Shown in pieces: positions 25,737-38,190 of a stretch of 64,000 nucleotides of DNA. The stretch lies in the NCBI GenBank assembly GCA_965645245.1, contig OZ287086.1:1178001-1242000 (forward strand). The letters run 5' to 3'. Numbering within the stretch: position 1 is the first letter of the stretch; each line of letters starts with the position of its first letter. Source of the DNA: Massalongia carnosa (taxonomy: Eukaryota). The notes beneath the pieces were generated by a model, which was not told where the DNA came from, made no database searches, and was given only the letters and a program-made list of their open reading frames with translations. The position numbers and the translations under genes were made by a program.

Positions 25737-28073
25737 ACGTAACTCACTGGGCAACGGGACAAACTGGGCAACGGGACTAAGTAATTCCGAAATTATCACT
25801 TTTTGACCACTCTAGATAATGAAGCCTTCATTACATACATTTTACATACAAATTCAGCTTCAGAAATCACAGTAGATTATATTCATCATTTTGAAACTTT
25901 ATAATCATGGGTGTAGGTAAAAAAACCACCTCCCACAAGACCTCCATTCCTTCATGTTTTCACCCCACCTCCACCTATCAACAACGATTACAGTCAGTCT
26001 TTTTGGCCTGGAAACAGGCCGATGGAGCTCTTTCCATTACGAAGGCAGCTTTTCTATATGATATTTCAAAGTCTACCCTTCATGCCCGCATTCAGGGTCG
26101 TCAATCACGATTTACGTCTGATCAAACTAAATAACTGCTGACCCCCGAGGAGGAAGACGCTTTGAAGAACTGGGTTTTACAACTGTACGCCTGGGGCTGG
26201 CCTGCTAAAATAGCTCAGCTACGTCAGATGGCCATAGAATTACTACGAGCAAGGGGGAATCATACTGTGCTAGGAGTCAATTGGCAACAGTATTTTTTAC
26301 ATCGTCATCCCGATCTGCAGGCTAAATACAGTCGCACACTAGATCAAGAACGATTATTCGCTGAGAATGAAGAGATATTTCAGCACTGGTTTGACCTTTT
26401 CCTCTCCATGAAAGAAAAACACGGAATTCTTGATGAAGACATCTACAAAATGGACGAAAAGGGATTCATGATGGGGGTAGCTGCTAGTGCTAAAGTAGTA
26501 ATTTCTAAGCACGAAAAGCAAGCCTTTTCAGCACAGTCAGGTAATCGAGAATAGGTGTCATTGATCGAGTCCATTTGTACTACCGGTCGAAGTTTACCTC
26601 TTTTCGTCATCTTCAAAGGAGTCAACAAGCAAAAGGCCTGGTACGATGCACTGGAGGACTTTGACACTGAAATAGCTACCAGCGAAAACGGATGGACAGA
26701 CAATGAACTAGGTCCTTATTGAGTGAAAAAGTGTTTTGAACCTGCTACTGCAAAATATCTACACGGTGAATATCGACTTCTTATAGTAGATGGTCATGCT
26801 TCCCATATTTCTACCGAATTCATCAGGTTTTGCAACGAAAAGAAAATCATTCTTTTGTGTCTACCTCAACATACTACCAATATGTTGCAACCTCTGGACG
26901 TGAGTATTTTTGGGCCCTTATCACGGGAATACAAAAAACAATTGGAGGTCGTCACCCGATTCAACGTCTGTTCAGTGGACAAGGTGGATTTTCTGAAGTT
27001 CATTCAAAAAGCAAGAAAAGAAGCAATCAACACAAAAAACGTGCTGACTGCATGGAGAGCAACCGGATTAGTACTATACAATCCGTCATCAGTTCTTCAA
27101 AAACTCACTAATAAACAATCGGTGTTGCGAAAGACTGATAGCATCATCACCACCACTACCACCACCACCACTACTACTACCACCACCACGAATATCACCT
27201 CCTCTCATCCTAACACTCCGACAACCCTTCGAAACTCTCACGAAATTGAAAAGACACCTGCAAATATCGATCAAATAAATCAACTGATTCGTCGAATTCG
27301 AAATGATGAAGAATCAGACTCGACTCCCGTTCGAGCGCTAAATAAATTGATAAAAGGCGCTAAATATGCCTTCGCAGACTCTACCTTGCTACGTATCACC
27401 AGCAACGAGCTTCTTCAGGCCAATGTACGGCGCCATCATCGAGCCAATCGTAGCGGGGCTCACTATGGAGGAAAGGCTCGATTTCTAAGCCTTGAAGACG
27501 TTCAACAAAGACAGCAATGGGCCAAAGATAAACAAAAGGTGAAAGACGAAAAAAAGAAGGCCGCTCAGCTAAAACGAGCTGAGCAGGACCTTATCAAAAC
27601 TTTCTGGGAAATGTGTCGATTTGGACCTGATTTACTAGGACAAACGTCTACTGCATCTTCGACGAAAAGTCCTCAGAAAAGTCCTCAGAAAGCACCTGAT
27701 AGTTCACAAAGTAAGCCTATTTGTTCTTTTCAAAGACGATTGCTACCTCCTCCCGTGCTTCAACCAATGACAAAAGAGGTAGAGGGGGTGGAAGAGGTGA
27801 AGGTGAGTGGGAGGGTAGAGGTGGAGGTGGAGGTGGTGGAAGAGGTGAAGAAGGTTCAAACTACCAGACGGGGTCGTATTGTACGTCAACCACGTAAAAT
27901 GTGATTAAGTTGCATGCAGACAAAATATCAATTTCACGTCTAATAGACATTGAAGCCGAATTTGTATGTAAAACGGGTGAGAGGGAGGCTGTAGAAATTA
28001 AGCGAAATTTAGTTAGTCCCGTTGCCCAGTGAGTTACGTTGCCCAGTGAGTTACGTTGCCCAGTGAGTTACGT
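25737..28073 (+). mobile_element. pogo/Fot1-type transposon; transposase 25907-27904 disrupted
   Basis: TA+ACGTAACTCACTGGGCAAC...GTTGCCCAGTGAGTTACGT+TA; MDEKGF, IVDGHASH, LQPLDVSIF. Confidence 0.93.
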
Positions 28074-28075
28074 TA

Positions 28076-28618
28076 GATAGCGAAGTAAAGGCGGCAACGG
28101 TAGATAAAACTTGGAGGATCAATCTTCTTTCTCTGCATAAACAACAGGAAGCGTTAGCCAGCACTCATGCCAATAGTAAAGGCTAGTCTTATCATAGAGT
28201 GTCTACTACCTTTACTATCGTTTAGAAGGCCATTAAAACGATGAAAAACATACTTCTTCCTTGCTCAAATATTCAGCCTATCAAACGTGTGCAAATGTAG
28301 AAGACAATCTTCATCAGCTTTATCATGATAACAAAAGAGGAATGAATGTAGAATATCTCTATAATTTTCCCCCTAGAAGCGATGGAATCGTTCTATTGAC
28401 GATTAATTCAGCTGTTGATGACGCTCCAGTCAATAATTCTCGAAATGAATCTGCTGCTGCTGTCATTGTTGCTGACGCTGTCGCTGGAGGAAAAGGCAGA
28501 AGCAAAAAGAGGACCCCAAAGACGGATAAACTGTTGGCTCAGCGAGAAGAGCGTGCAATTTTACGAGATGATCTGGATAAACGTCAGGAGGCCTTGCAAA
28601 GCATGTGATTATGCACAA
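28076..28618 (+). pseudogene. 5' part of an unknown accessory gene, continued at 43612
   Basis: ORF 28261-28608 ending ..RQEALQSM*LC runs into the pogo TIR; sequence after the TIR continues FNKGKYRWIDNEKHYPL. Confidence 0.5.
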
Positions 28619-29760
28619 ATCGTCTGCTAGTCTCTCACTTACCTCGGCCGACTCGAGGCGTTCGCTTCTAGTCGGGGAAAGCAAAGTTCGACTTAAAGCA
28701 AAGTTCGTCTTTCCGCAATTTTATTTCCATTCCAACAACAGGACGCATTTTACTACATTAACTATTTCATTATTGAGCATCATTATAATCATGAATTGTA
28801 ATAATACTCACGCGTCTGAATGATATTAAGCAGTTTCTAATAGAAGATCTACTTGATAGCAAGATATGCGCTACTCAAATATTTGAAATTCCTCGTACCA
28901 CTTTACAAATTTCACTTGCACAAAATAGCGCGTCGAACGAAGTCGAGAATAGAGGAGGACATAATAAAATATTAGAGAAGCATCAGATCATAGTAATACA
29001 TAAGTTCATTCGCTCGTTACTTACATATTGTGTTTAACCGACACATGAACTGATATTCAACCCGATCAAGAGTCTGAAGTAAAGTCAGAAAACTGATTAT
29101 AATAGTCCTACTAAGCGATGGTTTAAAACATGGTAGAAATCCAACCATTTACATAAGATTAAGACTAAACCGCTAGCAGTCGTTCGCTATACGACGGGAC
29201 AAGTGAAGGACGTTAAAGCATAGTTCTCTGATTATCGGGTGGTTCTTCGAGAGCTGAATATCAAGAATAAACGAAATATTATCAATTTTGATGAGACTGG
29301 TTTTCGAGTGGGCTGCATGAAGAGACATGAAATTTGGTTCCAACAGACGTAAATAATTGTTATTCTATTAGTCCTGAAAATTGAAAATCTATCACCATTT
29401 CCGAGAATATAACCGCCGCCGGGGATCATCCGCCACCTCATTTACTTGTCGAACAAGGTCTTGATATGATGAGCAATTGGTTTGCAGATGACCGGCCTAA
29501 AGGAACTCGAATTGTTTCGTCAGAAAATGGATTCACATCGGATAAAATAGCGATTGCATATCTGCAACATTATATTGAAAATTCTGATGCATGATCTGAG
29601 AGTGATTGGAAGTTGATAATCATGGATAATCACGGTAGTCATGTTAGTCCTGAATTTATCAAGCTTGCCAATGAAAACTAGATTCGTCCTTATCCTTTGA
29701 TACCACATTTGACGTATTGTATGCAACCGCTTGATGTAGGAATGTTTCAAACTTATAAAC

Positions 29761-29919
29761 TGTTGCGTCTAGGCAAGATTATACGAGTATTGAAAGATAT
29801 TGATTAAATGAGCAAGTCTGCTCGCCTATATAAGCTTAGAAAACGCTAGTCTCAATTGAGACTTCTCATAAAGGGAGCTACGACTATAGTTATAATACCA
29901 TAATACCATAGCTATAACA
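29761..29919. repeat. Short solo LTR (159 bp, Copia-like ends)
   Basis: TGTTG...TAACA, TSD TAAAC; removal restores FQTYKHWHD. Confidence 0.85.
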
Positions 29920-30452
29920 TAAACATTGGCATGATATAGCTATTTAAAATGCGATTGCGGAATTCAATTTAGAGTATGAAATAACTCGATTTTGTCAAGA
30001 TCTGTCATGAAATCGAACCAACCCGATCCAGAATCAATCCCGCAGATGAATCTGACTAAGCTCCCGTTCCTCTATTCAGCTTAGTCAGAATCTCATTAAC
30101 TAAATCGAGTTTAGACCCCTCTCAACGGCTTCAGGTCAAAGCTGTACCATCACCATCAAAGCGTACCAACGACAGGAGAACCTCATCTCCACCTTTTATC
30201 GTCAAACACCTCGTCAAACCTTCGTGCCGTACGTCTCCTAATAGGGGGAGATGAACACTGATCGAATCTTCATGCAAAGGGGTTCGAGACAAATATAAAA
30301 GGAAGGACAAGTTAATTAGATTGTTGACTCCTTGTCCGACGTCTTGTATAGCAATCCATCACCTAGCTATAGCCTTATTAATAAAGACATCTTGATCACC
30401 CAATCCAATTCCTAGGAACATTAGTTCAATCCCCTGCCCAGTCCTTGACATT

Positions 30453-30461
30453 ACGTCGGAC
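30453..30461 (+). promoter_or_regulatory. Self-complementary (Tf1-type) primer-binding site
   Basis: ACGTCGGAC is complementary to GTCCGACGT (30334-30342), about 35 nt downstream of TATAAAA in the LTR. Confidence 0.75.
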
Positions 30462-30520
30462 CTACATCGAAAGGTGCCTTTCATAGCACTAGCCCCTGTC
30501 CCCCCTCATATTCCACCATC

Positions 30521-31714
30521 ATGTCTTCGTCTTCAGAAGAGATGACCGTCCCCCAAAATCCTCTCATCGACGAGAACGTGAAGTTGTTTCAAAACCAGTT
30601 CCAAACCAATCCTGAAGCATTCGTCGCGGAAATACGACGACTTCAAGACGAGGTGGCCCGGTTGCAGGCCGCCCCAGCTCCCGACCCCCCTATACCCACT
30701 CCAGCATCAACCTCGTCTCCCTCGTCCGTTCCGGCAATGGACCCTCAGATAGCTGCCCTCCTGCAGCTCCTTTTGACCCGGAATTCCGAGTCCAAAACCG
30801 ATCTTCGTTCCGAAAAACTTCCCGACATCTCCGAGTACGATGGAGATGAAGCCAAGTTGGACTCCTGGGAACAGAGCCTGATTCAACGGATGCACGTTAA
30901 TCATGATCGATACTCCACCGATGCCTCCAAGATTGCATACGCGGAGAATCGGCTCACCATCGGGAAACGAGCTCACAACCTTATGAATGCGTATCGAGTG
31001 GATGGCATTTGTAGACTCACCACCTTCTCCGAATGGCGTTCTGCTCTTCGCCTAGCCTGCGGCAACCCCTTCGAACAAGAGGATGCCCGTAAGTACCTTC
31101 GAGAAACCCTCAAGCAGGGCTCTCTGAGTTTCGAAGAGTACAACACTCTCTTCTCTCAGAAAAAAGACCGATCCAGAATGGAAGACGCTTCGTTGATTGA
31201 TGCCATGAAGGCAAACATCAACTACTCCGTTCAAACAGCGGCCGTCCACTACCGAGTCCCCGGCACCAATCTGGAGCCAATCACCTTCGACGAGCACGTC
31301 GCAATGTGGTTAAGCACGGACCGGAAAATCCGTCAGATCCGTCATCTGGCACCCAAGGCCACGACTCCGGCCACATCAGCTCCCGCCAATCGAAGAAACG
31401 GCACCAACCTTCCTGCTGCCCCTTTCCCCCGCACTGTCGTCACGGGCACGGTCACCCCATTGATCCCAACCCCCGCCTTCCCCCCAGCTGGAGACCCCAT
31501 GGACCTAAGTCAGGCCATGGCGGCTGTCAAAGGTCAGTCGTTGAAAACCGAGGGAGTAAGGAAGATCTGCGAGAATTGGAACCTGTGCTTCTATTGCAAA
31601 TTGCAACACCTCGGGTCGGCCTCCGACTGTCCAAATAAGCCTACCAAACGCCTTCGCAACATGGAAGTCGTCTCGACCCTCACTCCCGAGACTGACGACT
31701 CGGGAAACGTCTAG
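30521..31714 (+). CDS. gag: Gag
   Basis: 397 aa; SEKLPDISEYDG, DPMDLS, CFYC..HLGSASDC zinc knuckle. Confidence 0.93.
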   Translation: MSSSSEEMTVPQNPLIDENVKLFQNQFQTNPEAFVAEIRRLQDEVARLQAAPAPDPPIPTPASTSSPSSVPAMDPQIAALLQLLLTRNSESKTDLRSEKLPDISEYDGDEAKLDSWEQSLIQRMHVNHDRYSTDASKIAYAENRLTIGKRAHNLMNAYRVDGICRLTTFSEWRSALRLACGNPFEQEDARKYLRETLKQGSLSFEEYNTLFSQKKDRSRMEDASLIDAMKANINYSVQTAAVHYRVPGTNLEPITFDEHVAMWLSTDRKIRQIRHLAPKATTPATSAPANRRNGTNLPAAPFPRTVVTGTVTPLIPTPAFPPAGDPMDLSQAMAAVKGQSLKTEGVRKICENWNLCFYCKLQHLGSASDCPNKPTKRLRNMEVVSTLTPETDDSGNV

Positions 31715-31739
31715 ACTCTGCGCATCGTCGCGCGCAGAG
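31702..31739 (+). promoter_or_regulatory. -1 programmed ribosomal frameshift signal
   Basis: In-frame G GGA AAC followed by the stem CTCTGCGC...GCGCAGAG; the -1 frame is open into pol. Confidence 0.8.
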
Positions 31740-34700
31740 CCCTATTTTAATTTCTTCTTGTCTGTTAGCCAACTCGTTTTCTCCCCCCCTTCAATCAAAC
31801 ACTCGTTTTTCCGCAGCCTCCGCTTTGGAGCTGTTTGAAACCGAAGAAGCGTTTCGAGATAGCCACCTAGTGGTATCATGTATCTTACGTTTAGGTAGAT
31901 CTCGAATTCAAGCTCTCAATCTGATTGATTGTGGTGCATCTGGCTATGCATTCATTGACAAGAAGTTTGCGCAAACTCACCAAATCCCCCTTCATCCCCT
32001 CAAATACGCCCGACGCCTTGAAGGCTTCGACGGTCAGCCGGCTCTGACTGGAAATATCACTCATGTGGCCGAGGTAATCATGGACTTAAACGGACATGTA
32101 GAAAGATTATTCCTTTTCGTAACAGGACTGAAAACCTACCCCATCGTCCTGGGACACCCGTGGTTGCGACGACATCAAGCTCTCGCTGATTTCGAGTCCA
32201 ACTCTCTCTCCCTGTCTTCCTCTTTCTGCCTGGCTCATTGTAGCCCTCATCCAGTCAAGGTGAAGGCCTACACGGGCGAGAAATTCCTATCTCCTGCGGA
32301 AAGTCAGGAAGTATGGGAATCGGAAAACTACTCGTCCAATAGTCAAATCCTGTCCGAAAAACCTGTCCTGTCCGATAAAACCACGCCGCGCGATAGTAAG
32401 ACAACTTCTCTCGAAAATCAGGACATCAGTCGTATCGAAAAAGCGATTGAACAGGGCGACTCACCGAAAATCCGATATCGAAGTCCGTCTTCGTATCGCA
32501 CCTCCACTCAGCGACATGCTGCCCAGCAGAATCGCAATCCTCCTGTTTTGGACGTCTGTGAAATCGGCGCCCTCAACTTCAACTATCTCGGACGAAAAAA
32601 GAGTCACGAGATGTTTGCTCTCTCCTTGAAAGAAATCGATCACTTTCTCGGCCTGACTCAACCTGAACCTAAGCCTGAACCCAAACCCGAATCTCGCCTT
32701 CGTCAAGAGACTGACTGGGCACACTCGAAACCAACCTACCAACCCAACCCCCGGTCCAGCCCTAGTGAAAAGAAATATCACTTAGCCCTGTTCCGTATGA
32801 ACCAGGCTCTGACACAGTTATGTTCAGTGACCGAACCCGAACCTCAACCCTTGACACTGCAATCATCAGTGACCGCCGAAGAACTGAACGCTTATCGTGA
32901 GCGAAAGAACGTCGACCCAGCCCCCCTTCTACCCAAACAGTATCACGACTTTCTGGATGTCTTCTCCAAAAAAGAATCGGACGTCCTGCCCGAACACCGA
33001 CCCTACGACCATGCCATAAAGCTAAAAGAAGGCTCTCCAATCCCGAATCAAGCTCTTTATGGCATGAGTCGAACCGAAATCGAAGAACTCCGACGCTACC
33101 TTGATGAGAACCTGTCGAAAGGCTTCATCCGAGCTAGTAAATCCCCCGCTGCCTCCCCAGTCATGTTCGTAAAGAAGCCAGGAGGAGGACTTCGCTTCTG
33201 TGTCGACTATCGAGGCCTCAATGCCATCACGATTAAGAATCGGTATCCGCTTCCCCTGATCACCGAAACCCTGAATCGCCTGAGTCGGGCTAAGATATTC
33301 ACCAAGCTGGACATTATTTCAGCGTTCAATCGGCTCCGCATCAAGGAAGGAGATGAAGAACTCACCGCATTCAGAACCCGTTTTGGCCTCTTCGAATCCC
33401 TGGTCCTACCATTCGGCCTCTGTAACGGCCCCGCCTCCTTTCAACACTTCATCAATGATACTCTTCGAGAGTATCTCGACGACTTTTGCACGGCCTATCT
33501 AGATGACATTCTCATCTACAGCGAAATTGAAAGCGAGCATGAAATCCACGTCAAACGTATCCTCATCAAGCTGAGAGAAGCCGGGCTGCAAGTAGACATC
33601 ACCAAATGCAAATTTCATGTCACAGAAGTTGCCTATCTCGGACTAATCGTAACCACCGAGGGAATCAAAATGGACCCCGCTAAAATCGAAACAGTAACTC
33701 ATTGGCCAATACCGATCAATATGAAAGATGTACAAAGCTTTCTGGGATTTGCTAACTTCTATAGACGATTCGTATACGGCTTTAGTAAGATAGCCGGCCC
33801 ACTGACGAATCTAACCAAAAAGGAGGTCAGCTTTCAATGGACTGACAAATGTCAACAGGCATTCGAAACTCTAAAAAAAGCTTTCACCTCGGAACTAATA
33901 CTGATGCATTTCGATCCCGATCGTCCTATCATCGTGGAAACCGATGCTTCGGACTACGTCTCTGGTGGTATCCTTTCTCAGTATGACAACGAGAACGTGC
34001 TTCGCCCCATCGCATACTTCTCCAAGAAACACAACCCGGCCGAATGCAATTATGAGATCTATGACAAGGAACTCATGGCCATCGTCCGATGCTTCGAAGA
34101 ATGGAGACCGGAATTGGAAGGTTCTGCTCACCCCATCAGCGTTATCTCAGATCATAAGAATTTGGAATACTTCGCTTCAACCAAACAACTCAGTCGTCGT
34201 CAAGCTCGCTGGTCCGAATTCTTATCCCGATTTGACTTTAAAATAGTCTATCGACCCGGAAAAGCTGGTGGAAAACCAGATGCACTGACTCGTCGCTCAG
34301 GAGACCTCCCTAAAGAGGGGGATGAAACTGATGAAAGACATAAACATCAGCATCAAACCATCCTGAAAACTCATAACCTGGACGACGAAGTGGCGAAAAG
34401 TTTCTTATCCACGATTATCCTAGCCCCCGCGTTCATCGAACAGGATCCCGAGTCCGTTGAACATGATCACGAGTTCATTGAACCTGAACCACAGCTGGAT
34501 CAGCCTGCCGACCAAACCAATCCTGGCCAAGACCCGACCGACGTCCCAACTCAGCTGTTATGGGAACAAGCTCTGGAACAGGATCAATTCTCTCTGAAAG
34601 TTCTAGACATGCTTCGCAATAATGTCAGATATCATAACGGCATTCAGCTAGCCGAATGTGAAGATAAAGAAGGGATTCTTTATTTTCGAAACCGTCGATA

Positions 34701-36093
34701 CGTCCCCAATTCGGATCGGCTCCGTCTCCGTCTCATTCAACAGGCACACGACAGCGTAGCAGGTGGCCATCCCGGTCGTTCCAAATGCTACGAACTAATG
34801 AATCGATCATACTGGTGGCCCAGTATGCATCAAACCGTCAAACGATTCATTCGTAACTGTCACACCTGTAGACGATCCAAACCATCCCGCCAACGATACC
34901 AAGGATGGCTACGCCCTCTGTCCCCACCCGAACGTCGATGGCGTGACGTTTCCATGGACTACGTAGGTCCGCTGCCTCCGAGCACCTTCATGGGTATAAC
35001 CTATCGTTATATCCTCGTCTTCATCGATCGCCTTTCCAAGATGCGACATTTCGTCCCCACCACCTCCATGGAGGTAGAAGAGGCTGCTAACTCCTTCTAC
35101 CAAAATGTATGGAAATTACACGGTCTCCCAGACGCCTTGATTTCGGATCGAGGCACCCAATTCACCTCCGATTTCTGGGACATCATGTGTAAACGGCTTA
35201 GAATTGATGCTAGGCTATCAACCAGTTTTCATCCCGAGACAGATGGCCAAACCGAGAGGGCTAATGCAACCATGGAGCACTATCTTCGGGCATACGTCAA
35301 TTACATGCAAGATGACTGGGCCCAGTACTTACCCGGTGCCGAATTCTCCAGCAATAACACCGACTCCTCTAGCATCCTCGCCTCTCCCTTCCTGGCTAAT
35401 TATGGACAACACCCCAGGGTAGGATTCGAACCCGAAGAGCCCCTTCCGCAAGACCTGACCGCCCAGGGAATCGCTAACCTGATCGCCGCCAATCGATTCG
35501 TAGACAAGATGCGAGACGTAGACACTCACCTACGAGAAGAGATGTTGATCGCGCAGGCCTCATACGAATCTTCCGCCAATGAGAACCGCCGTCCCTGTCC
35601 TCGTTATCTTGTAGGAGACATGGTATGGCTGAACACCCGAAATATCCAGACAGCCCGTCCGGCAGCCAAACTGGACGATCGAAATGTCGGTCCTTACCGA
35701 GTCTGTAAGGTGTTCGCCAACCCTCTTGTTGTTCAACTGGAACTCCCCGACACGGTTAAAATTCATCCGGTCTTTCATGTAAATCTGCTACAACACGACG
35801 CAGACGACCCCCTCCCAGGACAAATTCCCGAGCTTCGCGACCCAATAATAGCCGAAGATGGACAGCGAGAATGGTATGTCAACAGCATTCTGAACTCGAA
35901 ACTGGACAGACGTTATCAACCTCCGCTTCTCAAGTATTTCGTCAACTGGGAAGGACATACCCCCACCTGGGAGCCATTTCACCTACTAACCAACTGTCAA
36001 CAAGCTCTGGACGAATTCCACGAAGCCTATCCTGGTGCATCCGGCCCACATCTCACCCCCTGTTCCATTCCTCGATGTCGCTGTCATGAATAA
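31708..36093 (+). CDS. pol: Pol (protease, RT, RNase H, integrase, chromodomain), expressed as a Gag-Pol fusion
   Basis: LIDCGA, AYLDDILIYS, ETDASD, HHCC zinc motif, SDRG, ETDGQTE, EWYVNSILNS; no stops. Confidence 0.96.
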   Translation, partial: RLDSAHRRAQSPILISSCLLANSFSPPLQSNTRFSAASALELFETEEAFRDSHLVVSCILRLGRSRIQALNLIDCGASGYAFIDKKFAQTHQIPLHPLKYARRLEGFDGQPALTGNITHVAEVIMDLNGHVERLFLFVTGLKTYPIVLGHPWLRRHQALADFESNSLSLSSSFCLAHCSPHPVKVKAYTGEKFLSPAESQEVWESENYSSNSQILSEKPVLSDKTTPRDSKTTSLENQDISRIEKAIEQGDSPKIRYRSPSSYRTSTQRHAAQQNRNPPVLDVCEIGALNFNYLGRKKSHEMFALSLKEIDHFLGLTQPEPKPEPKPESRLRQETDWAHSKPTYQPNPRSSPSEKKYHLALFRMNQALTQLCSVTEPEPQPLTLQSSVTAEELNAYRERKNVDPAPLLPKQYHDFLDVFSKKESDVLPEHRPYDHAIKLKEGSPIPNQALYGMSRTEIEELRRYLDENLSKGFIRASKSPAASPVMFVKKPGGGLRFCVDYRGLNAITIKNRYPLPLITETLNRLSRAKIFTKLDIISAFNRLRIKEGDEELTAFRTRFGLFESLVLPFGLCNGPASFQHFINDTLREYLDDFCTAYLDDILIYSEIESEHEIHVKRILIKLREAGLQVDITKCKFHVTEVAYLGLIVTTEGIKMDPAKIETVTHWPIPINMKDVQSFLGFANFYRRFVYGFSKIAGPLTNLTKKEVSFQWTDKCQQAFETLKKAFTSELILMHFDPDRPIIVETDASDYVSGGILSQYDNENVLRPIAYFSKKHNPAECNYEIYDKELMAIVRCFEEWRPELEGSAHPISVISDHKNLEYFASTKQLSRRQARWSEFLSRFDFKIVYRPGKAGGKPDALTRRSGDLPKEGDETDERHKHQHQTILKTHNLDDEVAKSFLSTIILAPAFIEQDPESVEHDHEFIEPEPQLDQPADQTNPGQDPTDVPTQLLWEQALEQDQFSLKVLDMLRNNVRYHNGIQLAECEDKEGILYFRNRRYVPNSDRLRLRLIQQAHDSVAGGHPGRSKCYELMNRSYWWPSMHQTVKRFIRNCHTCRRSKPSRQRYQGWLRPLSPPERRWRDVSMDYVGPLPPSTFMGITYRYILVFIDRLSKMRHFVPTTSMEVEEAANSFYQNVWKLHGLPDALISDRGTQFTSDFWDIMCKRLRIDARLSTSFHPETDGQTERANATMEHYLRAYVNYMQDDWAQYLPGAEFSSNNTDSSSILASPFLANYGQHPRVGFEPEEPLPQDLTAQGIANLIAANRFVDKMRDVDTHLREEMLIAQASYESSANENRRPCPRYLVGDMVWLNTRNIQTARPAAKLDDRNVGPYRVCKVFANPLVVQLELPDTVKIHPVFHVNLLQHDADDPLPGQIPELRDPIIAEDGQREWYVNSILNSKLDRRYQPPLLKYFVNWEGHTPTWEPFHLLTNCQQALDEFHEAYPGASGPHLTPCSIPRCRCHE

Positions 36094-36731
36094 AACTGCT
36101 TCGCAGGAGCTCAGCTCTTGAAAGGGGAGCTACTGTCATGAAATCGAACCAACCCGATCCAGAATCAATCCCGCAGATGAATCTGACTAAGCTCCCGTTC
36201 CTCTATTCAGCTTAGTCAGAATCTCATTAACTAAATCGAGTTTAGACCCCTCTCAACGGCTTCAGGTCAAAGCTGTACCATCACCATCAAAGCGTACCAA
36301 CGACAGGAGAACCTCATCTCCACCTTTTATCGTCAAACACCTCGTCAAACCTTCGTGCCGTACGTCTCCTAATAGGGGGAGATGAACACTGATCGAATCT
36401 TCATGCAAAGGGGTTCGAGACAAATATAAAAGGAAGGACAAGTTAATTAGATTGTTGACTCCTTGTCCGACGTCTTGTATAGCAATCCATCACCTAGCTA
36501 TAGCCTTATTAATAAAGACATCTTGATCACCCAATCCAATTCCTAGGAACATTAGTTCAATCCCCTGCCCAGTCCTTGACAAGATCTCATCAAAATACGA
36601 GATAACAAATTCAAGAAATCCACCATTCAATCTGTCTTTGAGAAATCTGGAATGTAGCCTATTAATGAGAAGAAATGCACTGAACAACTAAAGAGGTTTG
36701 TACCTTCGCAAAGTGAGAGTAATTCTTCTTC

Positions 36732-37216
36732 TGTAATAGGGTAGGCCTAGTATGCGTTCGTTGAACGTAAGACTGGCCTATGTGGCTATGTGGGATACGT
36801 ACAGCCAAAACAACTACTAAGACAATAAGGTCCCGCCTAACCCAGTTAGGCATAGTGTGGGGACTTAACTTATTATGGAGGTGTTTTCGTAGTACACGAA
36901 GTATCCCCTCGCCTCGCCTCACCTCCCCTAGCTCGCCTGCCTAGTCTCATCTACCTGTGTCTTTCGGTGACCGAAGTATTTCGGAGACCGAAAATAGCAG
37001 GTAGTATGGGCAAGGTACGGAAGAAGAGCTTAGGTTGTGGATTGTCCTATTCTATATAGATCAATGATCAAGCACTTCAAAAGGGTAGCATTTAGTCTAC
37101 CCTTTGACCCGACCCTACCTATTTTGTTCCTCTATTGTGACCATCACGTTGTGTAGCCCCTGTGGATCCCATCTTCCAGTAGTGAATGCCTGCTGGGAGA
37201 AGGTCTCCCCGTTTCA
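36732..37216 (+). repeat. Solo LTR, family A, copy 4
   Basis: TGTAA...TTTCA, TSD TCTTC. Confidence 0.92.
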
Positions 37217-38190
37217 TCTTCTTTCTCAACATCATCTCTCCTAACATTGCAACGAATTCAACCTAAAACGTTTGATTATGTTGAAAGAGGATTACTTGAA
37301 TGGCTACCCAAAATTCTCGATAAAACACAATAGAGTGATTCAGTCCGGGAATAGGAGTAAGAGGAATTCGTGAGTAATACGATGGAAGTTGTTGCCAACT
37401 TGACGATTACGAACATCGACTTATCACTTCATCATGAGCGAAGAAGCAATGAATTACTACAAAGAGCAACTTCTCGGAAGCGATTAAGACCTAATTACTT
37501 GACAGACGGAGAATTAGGACTTACGAAGGAGGATGCGCAACGAGCAATTACTGAAAGACAGCGAAAAGATGAGCAGATGGAAAAGAAACGAGAACACAAC
37601 AACTTCATGAGAATATGGCAAATGAAAAGAGATAGTGTACACGCGGAAGGTGTTATCGCTCGAAAGAATGAAAAGATCAGAATAAAACATGTTAAAGACC
37701 CCTCAAAACAGAGAGTTAGCATATCCGATGAATTGTTGAATCCCACTGATGATCCTGAGGCCATTTGGAAAGCGAGCGATATTACTTGGCAGACGGAAGA
37801 GACCAAAAAAAGACGAAGAAAGAAATAATAGATACTCATATATTCAATGATGAAGAGGAAGAGACAGAGACTATCTTTATTATGGATACTGTAGGTGATC
37901 AAAACCTATGATTTGTAGTAAAGGTTATTGATGATGATGATGATAAATTTTTACACCGATATGTCACCGGCCGAAGGCCGGCCCATGCGGTCGTGGTTCT
38001 ATATGACTATTGTACATAGGAAAACCTTTTAAGGAATAAAAACCTAGTAACCAGAATTATCGCCTGCGGGATCCCCATGACCCCTCAGTGTACCTAATAA
38101 CGTGTGTCTGTGAGATCCTTGAAAGAAAAAGGAAAAGAACGAAAGAAATGGGGAAGAAGTCAAACATTTCAAATGCTGTGTCGACGGGAA

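Larger units (their letters stand above)
30003..36581 (+). mobile_element. Intact Gypsy/chromovirus LTR retrotransposon
   Basis: 448-bp LTRs 30003-30450 and 36134-36581, identical by eye; TSD AGATC; PPT GAAAGGGGAG; uninterrupted gag and pol. Confidence 0.97.

Noticed and set aside
28021..28073. Three direct 17-bp repeats resembling a mini CRISPR array
   Set aside because: No spacers; they are transposon TIR units in a eukaryotic context
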